64,000 nt of DNA from a virus. The stretch covers positions 20,122 to 84,121 of the IMG/VR virus record IMGVR_UViG_3300008267_000019. The stretch is one strand, 5' to 3'. Under the pieces are notes generated by a model. The model searched no databases, was not told where the DNA came from, and saw only the letters and a list, made by a program, of their open reading frames with translations. Position 1 is the stretch's first letter; every line of letters starts with the position of its first letter. A program made the position numbers and the translations under genes. Shown piece by piece: positions 20,601-30,100 of the stretch.

Positions 20601-23600
20601 ACTACAGCAGATGGACAAACAGTATTTTATGTACATGACAATGCTTGGTATAAAGCAGAAAATTTAAGTGCTAGTCCTGAAGAAATTGCTATTGATAAAG
20701 AAAAGAATTTCTTAATAAGAAAAGCTATTATCTCTAAAGGAAAAGTAAATAGCAAAGTAGATTATAAAAGCTTTGGAAGATTATTTAAAACAGCTGACGG
20801 TAAAAAAGTGACTGTATCAGAAGCTATGCCTGATAAAAATTTAGTATTAGGTATAGGAAAAGATGGAGCTATAGAACTTTCTGGAAATAGTTCAGAAGTT
20901 ATGAAAGATGCTAAAATCTTAAAGAATAATCCTGAAGATGGTAGGTTATATGCAGTTGTTAAAGTAGGACCTAATGAATACATGCCTATTCCTTTACAAA
21001 GAAAACCTATAAACCAAGAAACTGTAGATTCAATTATTTTAGCAATTGAAGCTCACTTAACTAATGATCCTGAAAATGCTGTAGTAAAAGCTATTGCAGA
21101 ATCTTCTTTAGGATTAGACATTACTACTACTAAAGGATTATCAGATTACTTGAGTCAGTTTATTTACATATATCCTACTGAAGGTAAAGAAGGTTTAGAA
21201 AATGCATTAATTAGCAACGGTGGTACTAAAAGTACTTTAAAGTCTTCTATGCCATTAATTACTGTAACTCCTACAGGAATACAATTTGGTAGACCAGGAA
21301 TACAAGCGGCCAATTATATGGACGCTAATAATAATAAGATAGTACAGTATGCTATTAATATTTCTCAAAATTTTAATAAAACTACTGCAGGAGAAGCTAG
21401 AAATAGTTTAAACTTAAATAAACTAAGAACAGTATTAGAATCAGGTAAAGTATTAGCTAATGCTAATAAAAATACTTTAAGCAAAGATGGTAACTCTGTA
21501 ATTATATTAAATCCTGAAGGAGATACTAAAACAGATACTTATAGAGAGTTTGTAAAAGAGAATTACGAAAGTAATATCTTGTCAGTAAACATAGGCTCAG
21601 ATGAAAATCCTAAATGGGCCTATACTATACAACCTACTATTTTATTTGACACAGCATTTGCTAACATGCCTACTCAAGTAGTTGCATCTAAAGCACAGTC
21701 TACTGTAGCACCTGTACCTAGCCAAACTGCACGTACTACACAAGAACCTACTCAAGCTGTAGAAAAACTTTATTATAAAGGAGTAAATCCTACAGTAGAT
21801 ACAATTGTAACTTCCGATGATAGGGTATTACTTATTAAACGTAAAGAAGGAGCTACAGAAGGGGGCAAGTGGGCAATTCCTGGCGGCTTTGTAGATACTA
21901 ATTCTAAACCAGGTGAAGCTTGGACTCCAGGAAAAGAAACAGTAGAAGAAGCAGCTGTTAGAGAAATTAAAGAAGAAACAGGTCTTAAAATTTCTCCAAA
22001 GTCAGTAGTATTTTCTGAAAAAATTGATGATAGATCTAGAGATCCTAGAAACACAGAAGAGTCTTGGATAGAGAATTCTCTTTATACTGTTAATATTCCA
22101 GCAAAACAAATGCAAAAAGCAAAAGGAGCAGACGATGCTTCTGAAGCTAGATGGTTTACTAAAGAAGAACTATCTCAAATGCCTGCATCTGATTTTGCTT
22201 TTGATCACAGTAAAGTATTAGAAAGAAATAATTTAAGGACACCTTTAACAGCTAATAATAATATAGAATCTCAAAAAGCTGATATAGAAAGAAGAAGACA
22301 AAAAGCAATTGAATTTAATAAAGGAGCTAAACCTGTTACTGAAGAAGATTTTAAAGAATTTGATGAAAATTTTGTACTTACAGAAGAATATAAAAAATTA
22401 TTAGGTACGTATGATTTTGATTTAGATCCAGAATCTAGATCTGATAATGATTTAGTAGGTAATATTAAATCTATACAAGAAGGTATAGATTTAATTAATG
22501 CCAAATATGATGCAGAGTTAGCAGCTTTAGAACAACCTTCTACAGACATAGAAGTTAAAAGAGCCGATATAGAAAGAAGAAAAGCTTTAAGTAAAATAGT
22601 TGAGTTAGACACAAGAATATCTGATGAAGAAGTCGATGCAGTACAACCTGAACCAGGAGTAAGGGTTACTTATTATTTACCAGAAGGTAAAACTACAGAT
22701 GGAAGAGATATTTCAAAAATACCCAGAGGTTCTATTGAAAGATATACTACAGAAACTAAAGTTTTTTATGGTTTTGAAGAAGCTGAACAAGAAGCAAAAG
22801 CGTGGATTAAATCTAAATATGATGAAGAACTAGCAGCTTTAGAAGCTGCTCCTATTGCATCTGAGATTTCTGTAGAAGAGCAAGTAGAACAAAATGTTCC
22901 TACATCATTAGCAGAAAATATATTAGCGCAAGGAGTTGATTTAGCAGAAATTAATGATACTATCGAAGCATTAAATAGTGGTAATATTAATGAAGAAGCT
23001 TTAGCAGAAGCGGGTTATGAATCTACAGAACAAGCATTAGCAGCTTATCAAGAGGCTAAAGATTTATATAATAAAAGAGCTGAAGATACCGAGACTATTA
23101 CTTTGCCTAACGGTGAGACTATCACTATTACAGGTAATGATTTAGATATTAACGATCTAGCAGAGGATGAAATAGATGATTTTTTAGTTAGAACATTAAC
23201 TAAAGAACAAATAGAAGCGCAAAAAGGAGAAATAGATGAGATGATCATCTATGGTTTAAATACTACTACTCAGTCATCTTTAATAGCTTTTTTATCAGCT
23301 GATATAATTAATGCTGCTTTAAATGCTAAAGAAGTTGGAGGCAAACGCAGCGTAAAGGCTAAAGAAATCTTAGACAAGCATGAAGAGTCTTTTAAAATAT
23401 TATCTGAATTCTTTAAAAAGAAAAATTTAGTAAATAGAGCAAAACATGTTGATGCTGTATTAAGTCAATTTGATAAAGTAAGAAGATTAGTAAACCAAAA
23501 CATGAGTAAGTTTACTACAGGAAATTTATCAGAAGAAGTAGAATACGATGATAATCAGCAAGCAGTAGGACTAGAGCGTACCTACGCAGATGATTGGACC

Positions 23601-26600
23601 TTCACAGTAGACTCTAAGAATACTGCTTCTGCTGATTTAAAACAATTTTTCAGTGTAATAACAGCTCAAGATGAAAATGGTGTAATTAAAAATCCTCTAG
23701 GATTTAATGAGATTATTCCTTTTGATGTTGTGTATAATACTCTTCATGAACTACTGGCTAATAAGCCTGCTGATTATGAAACAATGATAGATATCCTAGA
23801 GTTAAATTATAATAGATTTCCTTGGATAAAATCAGTAGTAGAAAAATTAGAAGCAGCTCCTGAAAGAATTCAAAACGAGTTTGTTTCTGATATGTCTAAG
23901 CATCATATAGACATGCAGTTTGTTATGTGGTCAAAAGATCCTAATGGAAATTATTTATTACAAACATGGTCTGCTAATAAATCATCTATTGAAAATAGAC
24001 TTAGAGCTATATGGTCTTCTAATTTAAAAGGTGTAGCAACTCAAAGTAACTTAGTTTATGTAGATGAAAATGATGTTTATCAATTTAATCGTACTGTAGC
24101 AGATAGTTTAATAGCGCAAGCAGAAGAATTTGGTATGAAGCCTGAAGATGTAACCAATGAAGCATTAGCTACATGGTTAGGAAATTTTGGTATAGTACTT
24201 AATGACGAAACTTATAATGATCTTAGAAAAGGAAGATACTTTAATAATGGCAGACAAGACTGGAATAAATTATTTAATAGCTCTAAAGGAATTGTAAAAG
24301 TACTTGCTAAAGAACTAAAGAAAAAAATAGACGGGGAAATAGATGTTGAAAATTCTAATATATTAAATGACACAGCAGTAAAAGCATTAGCTTCTTTGGA
24401 TGCAGCTAATACTTTAAATTCTTTTAGTAACTCTTTTAGAGCAGGTGGTAAAACTGTTTACTCTTATGGAAATAATAATTTCTTAGTAAATCGCATGCGA
24501 GATTTAACAGCATATGATTCACAGAATAAAATGTTTTTAAATCCTGATTTAATAGATAATCTAAAAAACATTTCTTTTAGTCGTGATAGTTTATGGCTGG
24601 ATGAATTAACTAGTGATAAAGAAATAGGAACAAAAACTAGACAAACATTAAAAGTTGGTTATCTATCATTAGAAGCTTTAAAAAGATTATATACTAAATC
24701 TGAAGACAATAGAAAATTAAATAATCTTACTGCTGCAGAACATGAAGTAACTAAATTAGGTTTTTTCCAAAATGTATCTGGAGAAATTTTTGACAAAGAA
24801 GGCAGAAGAGTCGTAGACTTTTTCTATCCTACTATGTCTGATAAGACTACTATGCTTACGATCAAAGCCCTCGCAAGAGAGATAAGCTATACTAATTCTA
24901 AATTATCTGAGGAAAATTTAAAGTTATTATATAAAGCAATAGTACAACCAGAAATAAATAGAATTAGAGACAAGCAAGCTAAAAATGTAAAAGGTTATGA
25001 ACCTAATTATTTTTATTTCTTGCCTGCTTTAAACAAATTAACTATAGATGTTAATGGTGTAACTAAAAGATTCTTAGATATAGTTTTAGATAAAACAGAT
25101 GTATTATACGATCCTGCAGTACAAGCAGCTGTAATGTCAGAAATTTCTACAACATTTAATAAATTAGTTTTAGATAAATTAGATGAGTGGAATACTTTAG
25201 GTATAGGTAAAATTATAGTAGATGAAAACGGAAAAGTTACCGACAACTATACTTTTATGGATAAATCCTACATGGAAACAGTTGCAAAAGGAACTAAAGG
25301 AAAAGGACGTGTAGAATATGCCGCAGCAGATTTTGTATATAATTATTTAATTTCTAATGCAGAAGCCTATAAATTATTTGCTGGGGATCCTGCTTTATAT
25401 GCTAAGTTTAAAACTAAAAAGAAATATGCCGAAAGCATTAACAAAACCGTAGAAACTTTAACAGAAGAAGACTTAGAAACTTGGTTAGATCAAAACCTAC
25501 AAGAAACTTTTATAAACATAGGTAAACGTCTTGCAGGAGATATTGCTCCAGGTATGGAGCTAGCTAATAGTATGGATAATGTTTACTATCAAGTTTATTT
25601 AGAAGATAAAGAAATTGCTAGTAATAATGTTAAGGATAGTGTTCAGAGAGAATTCTTTGAGAAAATAGTTAGTACATATGCTGATAAGAAAAAAGGATAT
25701 GGAGCTATAGAAGGATCAGATGCGCAGGAATATACTACTTGGCAAGAGCATTTATATGTAATGAAGCAACTAGGTAGGTTGACTAAAAAGCAATTTGATA
25801 CTTTTACTAAAAAACTTACTGCGCAAAGTCAAGGTAATTTTAGCAAAGAAAATAGGTTAACTTACGACGAACTAGGAATAATTTTACAGCCAATTAAACC
25901 TGTATATGTAGGTAACATAGCTTCTAAAGAAGAAAATGTAGATCGTAGAATATATATTAAATCTTCTAGCTTTCCATTAATCCCAGAATTAACGTCAGGC
26001 CTCCAGATAGATAAAATCCGTAAAGGATTAGAAAAGTTTGAAACAGAAGTAGGAAAGACAGTTACTAAGGACGGAGTTCCTGCTTTTGTTCGAGCTTCTT
26101 TTGGAACTGCTAATAAAGTAGGAGCCGTTAAAAATTCTGTAGAAACATTTGATGACAATGGCAATGTATTAGATAACTTTGAAGTTAAACCTGAAAATAC
26201 TTTATTACTATCAAGAGCTAACTTTAGAATACAGCAAGACGTGCCATATAAACGCGAAAAAGATAGCATCAATGTAGGAACCCAGGAAGCAGTGTTATTA
26301 TTTGTAAATCTTCTTAATACGCAAGTTACTACCGATAAAACAGGTAAAGAATTACTAGATAATTACAATAAAAACTATCAAGAATTATTTGCTTACAATC
26401 AAGAAAAGTTGGCTAAAAAATTAGGACTTATAGAAGAAGTTGCAGATGGTGCAGATCTTAGTAACCTAACAAGTATTCCTACAACTGATGTATTTACTAA
26501 AGTAGAAGAGTTTAATAACAAACTAAAAAGTGCATCTCCAATTAAAAAAGTATCTATGCAAGAGGTTTTTGCAGAAGAAGTTGGGGAAGATACACTAGAA

Positions 26601-26708
26601 AGAGTTAACTTTATAAACAAAAATTTTGATAAAATCGTAGAAGAGCTAGCAAAAGCTAAAGTTAATATCTTCTTTGATGAAAATAACGAATTTAAAAAAT
26701 GTGATTAA
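17652..26708 (+). CDS. Giant virion protein: N-terminal ejection-type region, Nudix domain and N-terminal (beta-like) half of the virion RNA polymerase
   Basis: 3018 aa; Nudix box GGFVD...E...AAVREIKEETG; crAss RNAP-type motifs PTMSDK, GDPA.Y, KRL....APG, SDAQEY, QPIKPVY, KSSSFPLIP, NKVG, RIQQDVP and GTQ. Confidence 0.8.
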   Translation: MKAPKKELKPNPLHQQLKDFATKNADNIGYNKEYVEELSTITPENTSYKGVEALHAPKEADIYDPYEAYINRTELHSGRFDINELNRLRAENQSNWAQAGNAIGQLAVNIVPQIASTVSNMINVPGWFSAEAAAANPIQEWASGIKEWSQEAMPIYEETPGQMNMADPAWWFSRGEGLIESMTSFAIPGGIAGKAVSAGFKGLGAVTRGKQLVRAVLGAEKSAGLLKGMSTLGTAALLNQAEGATIAADVYKNTLDYQLKKNGGNVDLAKKMASEAAATAMSINRINILLNLTSASAFLTPFKQTRNLLKTQGIGSTLSKIGLEAGQEATEELINLVGQKAGEAKGREEEDYVAKGLEAIGTMEGFESVFLGALGGAGQTGLVDASQYSKYGAGSTKDAEGNRISYAQYQSDLYNQQQQTIKELEDQGVQVSDSLMNVKDAVVFNEKRNKAAAEGNQEEYDRLNNQMFENQALKAFQSGTTKVLENLYKAEAERDVEEVGQEYIDKANQAVKDLQTLESVYNNFEEYTNVNDIFFNRANKIRTDRNLGYIQDAAKTNNLELAQLVRNIAGKYEYDVEREVLYKKEGEVERTETVTEKAPLTYSMSDLENNTGQTEGQKKVYNKFLKEVKKLDAYKREVGYQQAISNGEKILEDNNKEFAELTSPEAQEAALLKQEKVAAIKSAYKEVASTSSRARIQALMDTIEDPDFKRVAQLRLDALDKAKASNLQQKKKDFATKTMESKISKASLEELATIQEEINKADPNDISKTAKAALLNKVEFRARQLNNQVLDPQETAEIQDPFADFDSRSPEELENEIELEQKSFDTTIPSDFPNNEKEGKDVETEVENAAVDLLGSDKSLIIGTDENGNLVYNYEKSAEGYNRAAFLSREFNQTENVGIVDREEITNDVINSKLLDPDFLLAGTALTMEVDNDYTGEKYDPTSTTRETIAWPLRLKQIIDKYEVLGQDYRQSYEYITEAPIKVTTADGQTVFYVHDNAWYKAENLSASPEEIAIDKEKNFLIRKAIISKGKVNSKVDYKSFGRLFKTADGKKVTVSEAMPDKNLVLGIGKDGAIELSGNSSEVMKDAKILKNNPEDGRLYAVVKVGPNEYMPIPLQRKPINQETVDSIILAIEAHLTNDPENAVVKAIAESSLGLDITTTKGLSDYLSQFIYIYPTEGKEGLENALISNGGTKSTLKSSMPLITVTPTGIQFGRPGIQAANYMDANNNKIVQYAINISQNFNKTTAGEARNSLNLNKLRTVLESGKVLANANKNTLSKDGNSVIILNPEGDTKTDTYREFVKENYESNILSVNIGSDENPKWAYTIQPTILFDTAFANMPTQVVASKAQSTVAPVPSQTARTTQEPTQAVEKLYYKGVNPTVDTIVTSDDRVLLIKRKEGATEGGKWAIPGGFVDTNSKPGEAWTPGKETVEEAAVREIKEETGLKISPKSVVFSEKIDDRSRDPRNTEESWIENSLYTVNIPAKQMQKAKGADDASEARWFTKEELSQMPASDFAFDHSKVLERNNLRTPLTANNNIESQKADIERRRQKAIEFNKGAKPVTEEDFKEFDENFVLTEEYKKLLGTYDFDLDPESRSDNDLVGNIKSIQEGIDLINAKYDAELAALEQPSTDIEVKRADIERRKALSKIVELDTRISDEEVDAVQPEPGVRVTYYLPEGKTTDGRDISKIPRGSIERYTTETKVFYGFEEAEQEAKAWIKSKYDEELAALEAAPIASEISVEEQVEQNVPTSLAENILAQGVDLAEINDTIEALNSGNINEEALAEAGYESTEQALAAYQEAKDLYNKRAEDTETITLPNGETITITGNDLDINDLAEDEIDDFLVRTLTKEQIEAQKGEIDEMIIYGLNTTTQSSLIAFLSADIINAALNAKEVGGKRSVKAKEILDKHEESFKILSEFFKKKNLVNRAKHVDAVLSQFDKVRRLVNQNMSKFTTGNLSEEVEYDDNQQAVGLERTYADDWTFTVDSKNTASADLKQFFSVITAQDENGVIKNPLGFNEIIPFDVVYNTLHELLANKPADYETMIDILELNYNRFPWIKSVVEKLEAAPERIQNEFVSDMSKHHIDMQFVMWSKDPNGNYLLQTWSANKSSIENRLRAIWSSNLKGVATQSNLVYVDENDVYQFNRTVADSLIAQAEEFGMKPEDVTNEALATWLGNFGIVLNDETYNDLRKGRYFNNGRQDWNKLFNSSKGIVKVLAKELKKKIDGEIDVENSNILNDTAVKALASLDAANTLNSFSNSFRAGGKTVYSYGNNNFLVNRMRDLTAYDSQNKMFLNPDLIDNLKNISFSRDSLWLDELTSDKEIGTKTRQTLKVGYLSLEALKRLYTKSEDNRKLNNLTAAEHEVTKLGFFQNVSGEIFDKEGRRVVDFFYPTMSDKTTMLTIKALAREISYTNSKLSEENLKLLYKAIVQPEINRIRDKQAKNVKGYEPNYFYFLPALNKLTIDVNGVTKRFLDIVLDKTDVLYDPAVQAAVMSEISTTFNKLVLDKLDEWNTLGIGKIIVDENGKVTDNYTFMDKSYMETVAKGTKGKGRVEYAAADFVYNYLISNAEAYKLFAGDPALYAKFKTKKKYAESINKTVETLTEEDLETWLDQNLQETFINIGKRLAGDIAPGMELANSMDNVYYQVYLEDKEIASNNVKDSVQREFFEKIVSTYADKKKGYGAIEGSDAQEYTTWQEHLYVMKQLGRLTKKQFDTFTKKLTAQSQGNFSKENRLTYDELGIILQPIKPVYVGNIASKEENVDRRIYIKSSSFPLIPELTSGLQIDKIRKGLEKFETEVGKTVTKDGVPAFVRASFGTANKVGAVKNSVETFDDNGNVLDNFEVKPENTLLLSRANFRIQQDVPYKREKDSINVGTQEAVLLFVNLLNTQVTTDKTGKELLDNYNKNYQELFAYNQEKLAKKLGLIEEVADGADLSNLTSIPTTDVFTKVEEFNNKLKSASPIKKVSMQEVFAEEVGEDTLERVNFINKNFDKIVEELAKAKVNIFFDENNEFKKCD

Positions 26709-27181
26709 TGGAAAAATTACTTACAGACATAGAACAAAAAGAGCTTAATAAATTTGGAAAGTTAGAACTTACTGCTTCCCAAGTTTATTTGCATTTGTCT
26801 AACCGCATGAAAACATTAGGTTACTTTGGTGCAGAAAAATTTTTCTTATCAGAATCTAATAGTGAAAGAGAACACTATGGTAAAATAGAAAAATTTGCTA
26901 ATGATTTAGGATGTGAACTTTCAGTAGAAGCTTTAGATGCTGTAGAATGTAATTGCACAGATATTAAATCTGCTTTACAAATGGCATATGATATGGAGAA
27001 AGAGTTAATGAATTCTTATGAAACTTCTGCTAGAAAATCTGATTTAACATTAAAAGTAGTTTTATTGTTACAAGACTTTACTACTCACCAAGTAGGAGCC
27101 GTAGGAGAATATGGTGATTTGCTAGCAAGATTAGCTCTTACAGATAACATGTTATTATTCGATCAAGAATTAGGCAACTAA
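26708..27181 (+). CDS. Ferritin-like protein
   Basis: 157 aa four-helix pattern ELTASQVY...G...FF..ES.SEREH...AY.MEK...HQ, matching the ferroxidase-centre residues of FtnA-type ferritins. Confidence 0.85.
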   Translation: MEKLLTDIEQKELNKFGKLELTASQVYLHLSNRMKTLGYFGAEKFFLSESNSEREHYGKIEKFANDLGCELSVEALDAVECNCTDIKSALQMAYDMEKELMNSYETSARKSDLTLKVVLLLQDFTTHQVGAVGEYGDLLARLALTDNMLLFDQELGN

Positions 27182-27192
27182 AATAATTTATA

Positions 27193-30100
27193 ATGGCTTG
27201 TCAGTATTTTGTTAACGGCAACTGGGTTACAGAAGAGCAGTTTAAAGAAATTTTAAATAATGGTTTATTAGACAATCTAATTGCTGATAATACTGTTAAA
27301 TTAAAAAACTTTAAAATAGATCAATCAAAAGTATTATCTAGAGAGACTAGACGAGTAGAAAGAAAAACTATTCCCGCTGCAAAGCTTGCTGATATATTAG
27401 CAAAAGAAATTAAGTCTCGTCAAGGATATCCTTCAAACTTACTTTCTGCTTTAGAACTTACTGAAGATGGCCAAGATTTTAAGATTCCATTATGGGCATC
27501 TCCTTATGCTGCAAAATTTGAAAGCTTACTTACTTCTCTCGTTACTAATAAAGTTATTAAACAAAAGTTTGCAGGAATGTCAGGAGTCCTTGGATCAGAA
27601 GAAGGATTTAGAATTAAACAAGGAGATGCTGCTGCAGGAGAATTAAAAAATTCAGGTATTGTATTTACTAAAAACTTTGATCCAGAAAAAGGATTACAAC
27701 CATTACGTGTAGATCCTGAAACAGGTAAAATGCTTCCTGCACAAATAATGTTGCCTTTTAAATTTAGAGACGAATCTGGAAAAATTTTGCCTTTAGAAGA
27801 TTTTTTAATTAAAGATGAATCTGGAAAATTTATATTAGATACTTCTAAATTTCCTCAAAAATTATTAAATCTTTTTGGTTTCCGTATTCCTACACAGGAA
27901 CGTAACTCTATGGCAGCTGTAGAAATAGTAGGATTCTTACCTGAAGCATCTGGAGATCTAATTTTAGCACCTAGAGATTTTACAAAACAAATGGGTTCTG
28001 ACTTTGACGTTGATAAGTTATATACTTATATGTACAATCATTTCTACGACAGAAATACAGGAAAGATCTATACTAATTTTATATCTAATAAAGAAAAATT
28101 AGAAAAATTAATTAAGATTCAAAAAGAAACTATTGAAGATTTAAAAGCAGAGTTTAAATTAAATAAAGAAGATAGAAAACTAATTGATGCATATATTAAA
28201 GAAAAATTAGAATATACATCAGAAAATGAAGAAATACCTAGTGAACTATCACAAAAAGCTTCTGAAATAATTTCTAAAAGTTTATCAGAAGATTTACAAA
28301 ATAAATTAGATGCAGCTTTTGATTCATTATCAGTATTAAATAGATCTTATAAATCTTCTAGACAAAATAATATACTAGATGTGCATCTAGATATTATGAC
28401 TAGTAATAATCCAGAAGTTATTTCTAGTATTATAGCATTAGATTCCTTTGGGGAATTTGAAGATCTAGCTGCTGACATAAGTAAAATACGTAAAGCTCAA
28501 GGCTTAATTTCTGATCCTGTTACTATTCTTTCAGATTCTTATCAAAGAAAAAAGTTTATTAATGCAACTGAAGGTAAAAATGGAGTAGGTGCATTCTCTT
28601 TAGACTCTACTTTTAATGCTACAGCACAAGGAAAAGATTTGTTATACGTCAATATGAGCGACGAAACATATCAAGATATTATAAATAATAATGCTCCAGG
28701 TAGTATAGCTGCAAAATTATTAGAAAACAATAATCCTGTAACTAAATTTGGAGATACTGTTTCTATGGGGGATCTTTCTAATGAATATACTTTAAGATCT
28801 CAACAGCTTATTATTAAAGCTAAAGCAGAAAAAAGAGAATTAACTAAGAAAGAAAAACAATCTTTAAAATTTAAGTCTAATATTATTAGGGCCCTACAAT
28901 CTACATCAGTGGATAATGAAAAAGCACAGATCTTAGATAAATTAAACATTAATGATAATACTTTTGATGCTATTAGAGCATTAGTGCAATTAGGTTTTGA
29001 AGAAAAAGATATCGTAGGTTTAATTACTCAAGAGATTGTTTGGGAATATGTAAGTAATTTAAAAGAAGCAGGATCTTCTTTAATGGGCTATACTCCTAAT
29101 ATGGAGCAAAAAGTTTATGAAGATCTTATAAAAAAATATGACAAACAAGAAAGATACAATAAACTTACTGTTGCACAAATAGAACAGTTTAGTTCTGGAT
29201 CTAGTGAAAAATTATTAGAAAATATAGCTAATAAAAAATTACAAGAGTCTAATAAAGAAACTACTACACCTGATTATAATATAGAACAGCTAGCATTACT
29301 AGATAAATTTAGATATTTAACAGAAGTAGGAAAAGATATTAAAAAACTACAATCAGGAATAAATGCATTCTCTAAAGGTCTTCCTAAATCTTTAATAGAA
29401 GTACAAAGTAAAATCAAACAAATAAGCAATTTAACTACTTCTAAAGTATACAATGCCGATAAGTTATTAGGAGAAATTAATAATGAAGGGATATTAGTAA
29501 ATCCTACTACTCTTAATGGATTTGCTAGTTATTATGGAACTAACTTTGCAGATAAAATATTTAATAATTATTTTCCATATAATATTCAAGGATTTAAAAG
29601 TGTAACACAGGAAGTGCAAGCTCACATGCCTCAAGGAGCAGATATAAGTGTTACTCGCCAAGCAGAATTACAACAAGAAATATTTAATAATGTAAAGTCT
29701 TTCTTGTATGCAAATTCTGATACTAATCTATTTGGGGAAGATCCTGATTCAGAGCGCAGAAGATTATTTGTAGATTCTAAAGATAATATGAGTCTTGCAA
29801 CTATTCTATCTAAGTTATCTAGTCAAGAATGGTTTCAAAAAAATGGTTTCTTAAACAAACTTTCTTTTGATTTAAATAAAAACGGTAAAGTTTCTAGAAT
29901 AATGTTTGAATCTGCAACAGGTGAAAACTTTGATGAAAGAGATATATATGATGGATTTAATTATTTATTAAGTAAAAATTTTCCAATAAAAAATCCATCA
30001 TCCCCAGATGGCACTTTTAATAGTATAGAATATACTTCTAGAATGCTGGCACAAGAACTTGTAGCTGCTGCATATTTAGAGGGCGGTACTCAAGGAGCTG

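Noticed and set aside
26430-27372. Split intein or self-splicing intron rejoining the RNAP halves
   Set aside because: The extra tail on A has its only Cys at the end rather than at an intein block A start, the head of B has no His-Asn followed by C/S/T, the intergenic gaps are only 0-11 nt, and the intervening gene is a ferritin rather than a homing endonuclease.
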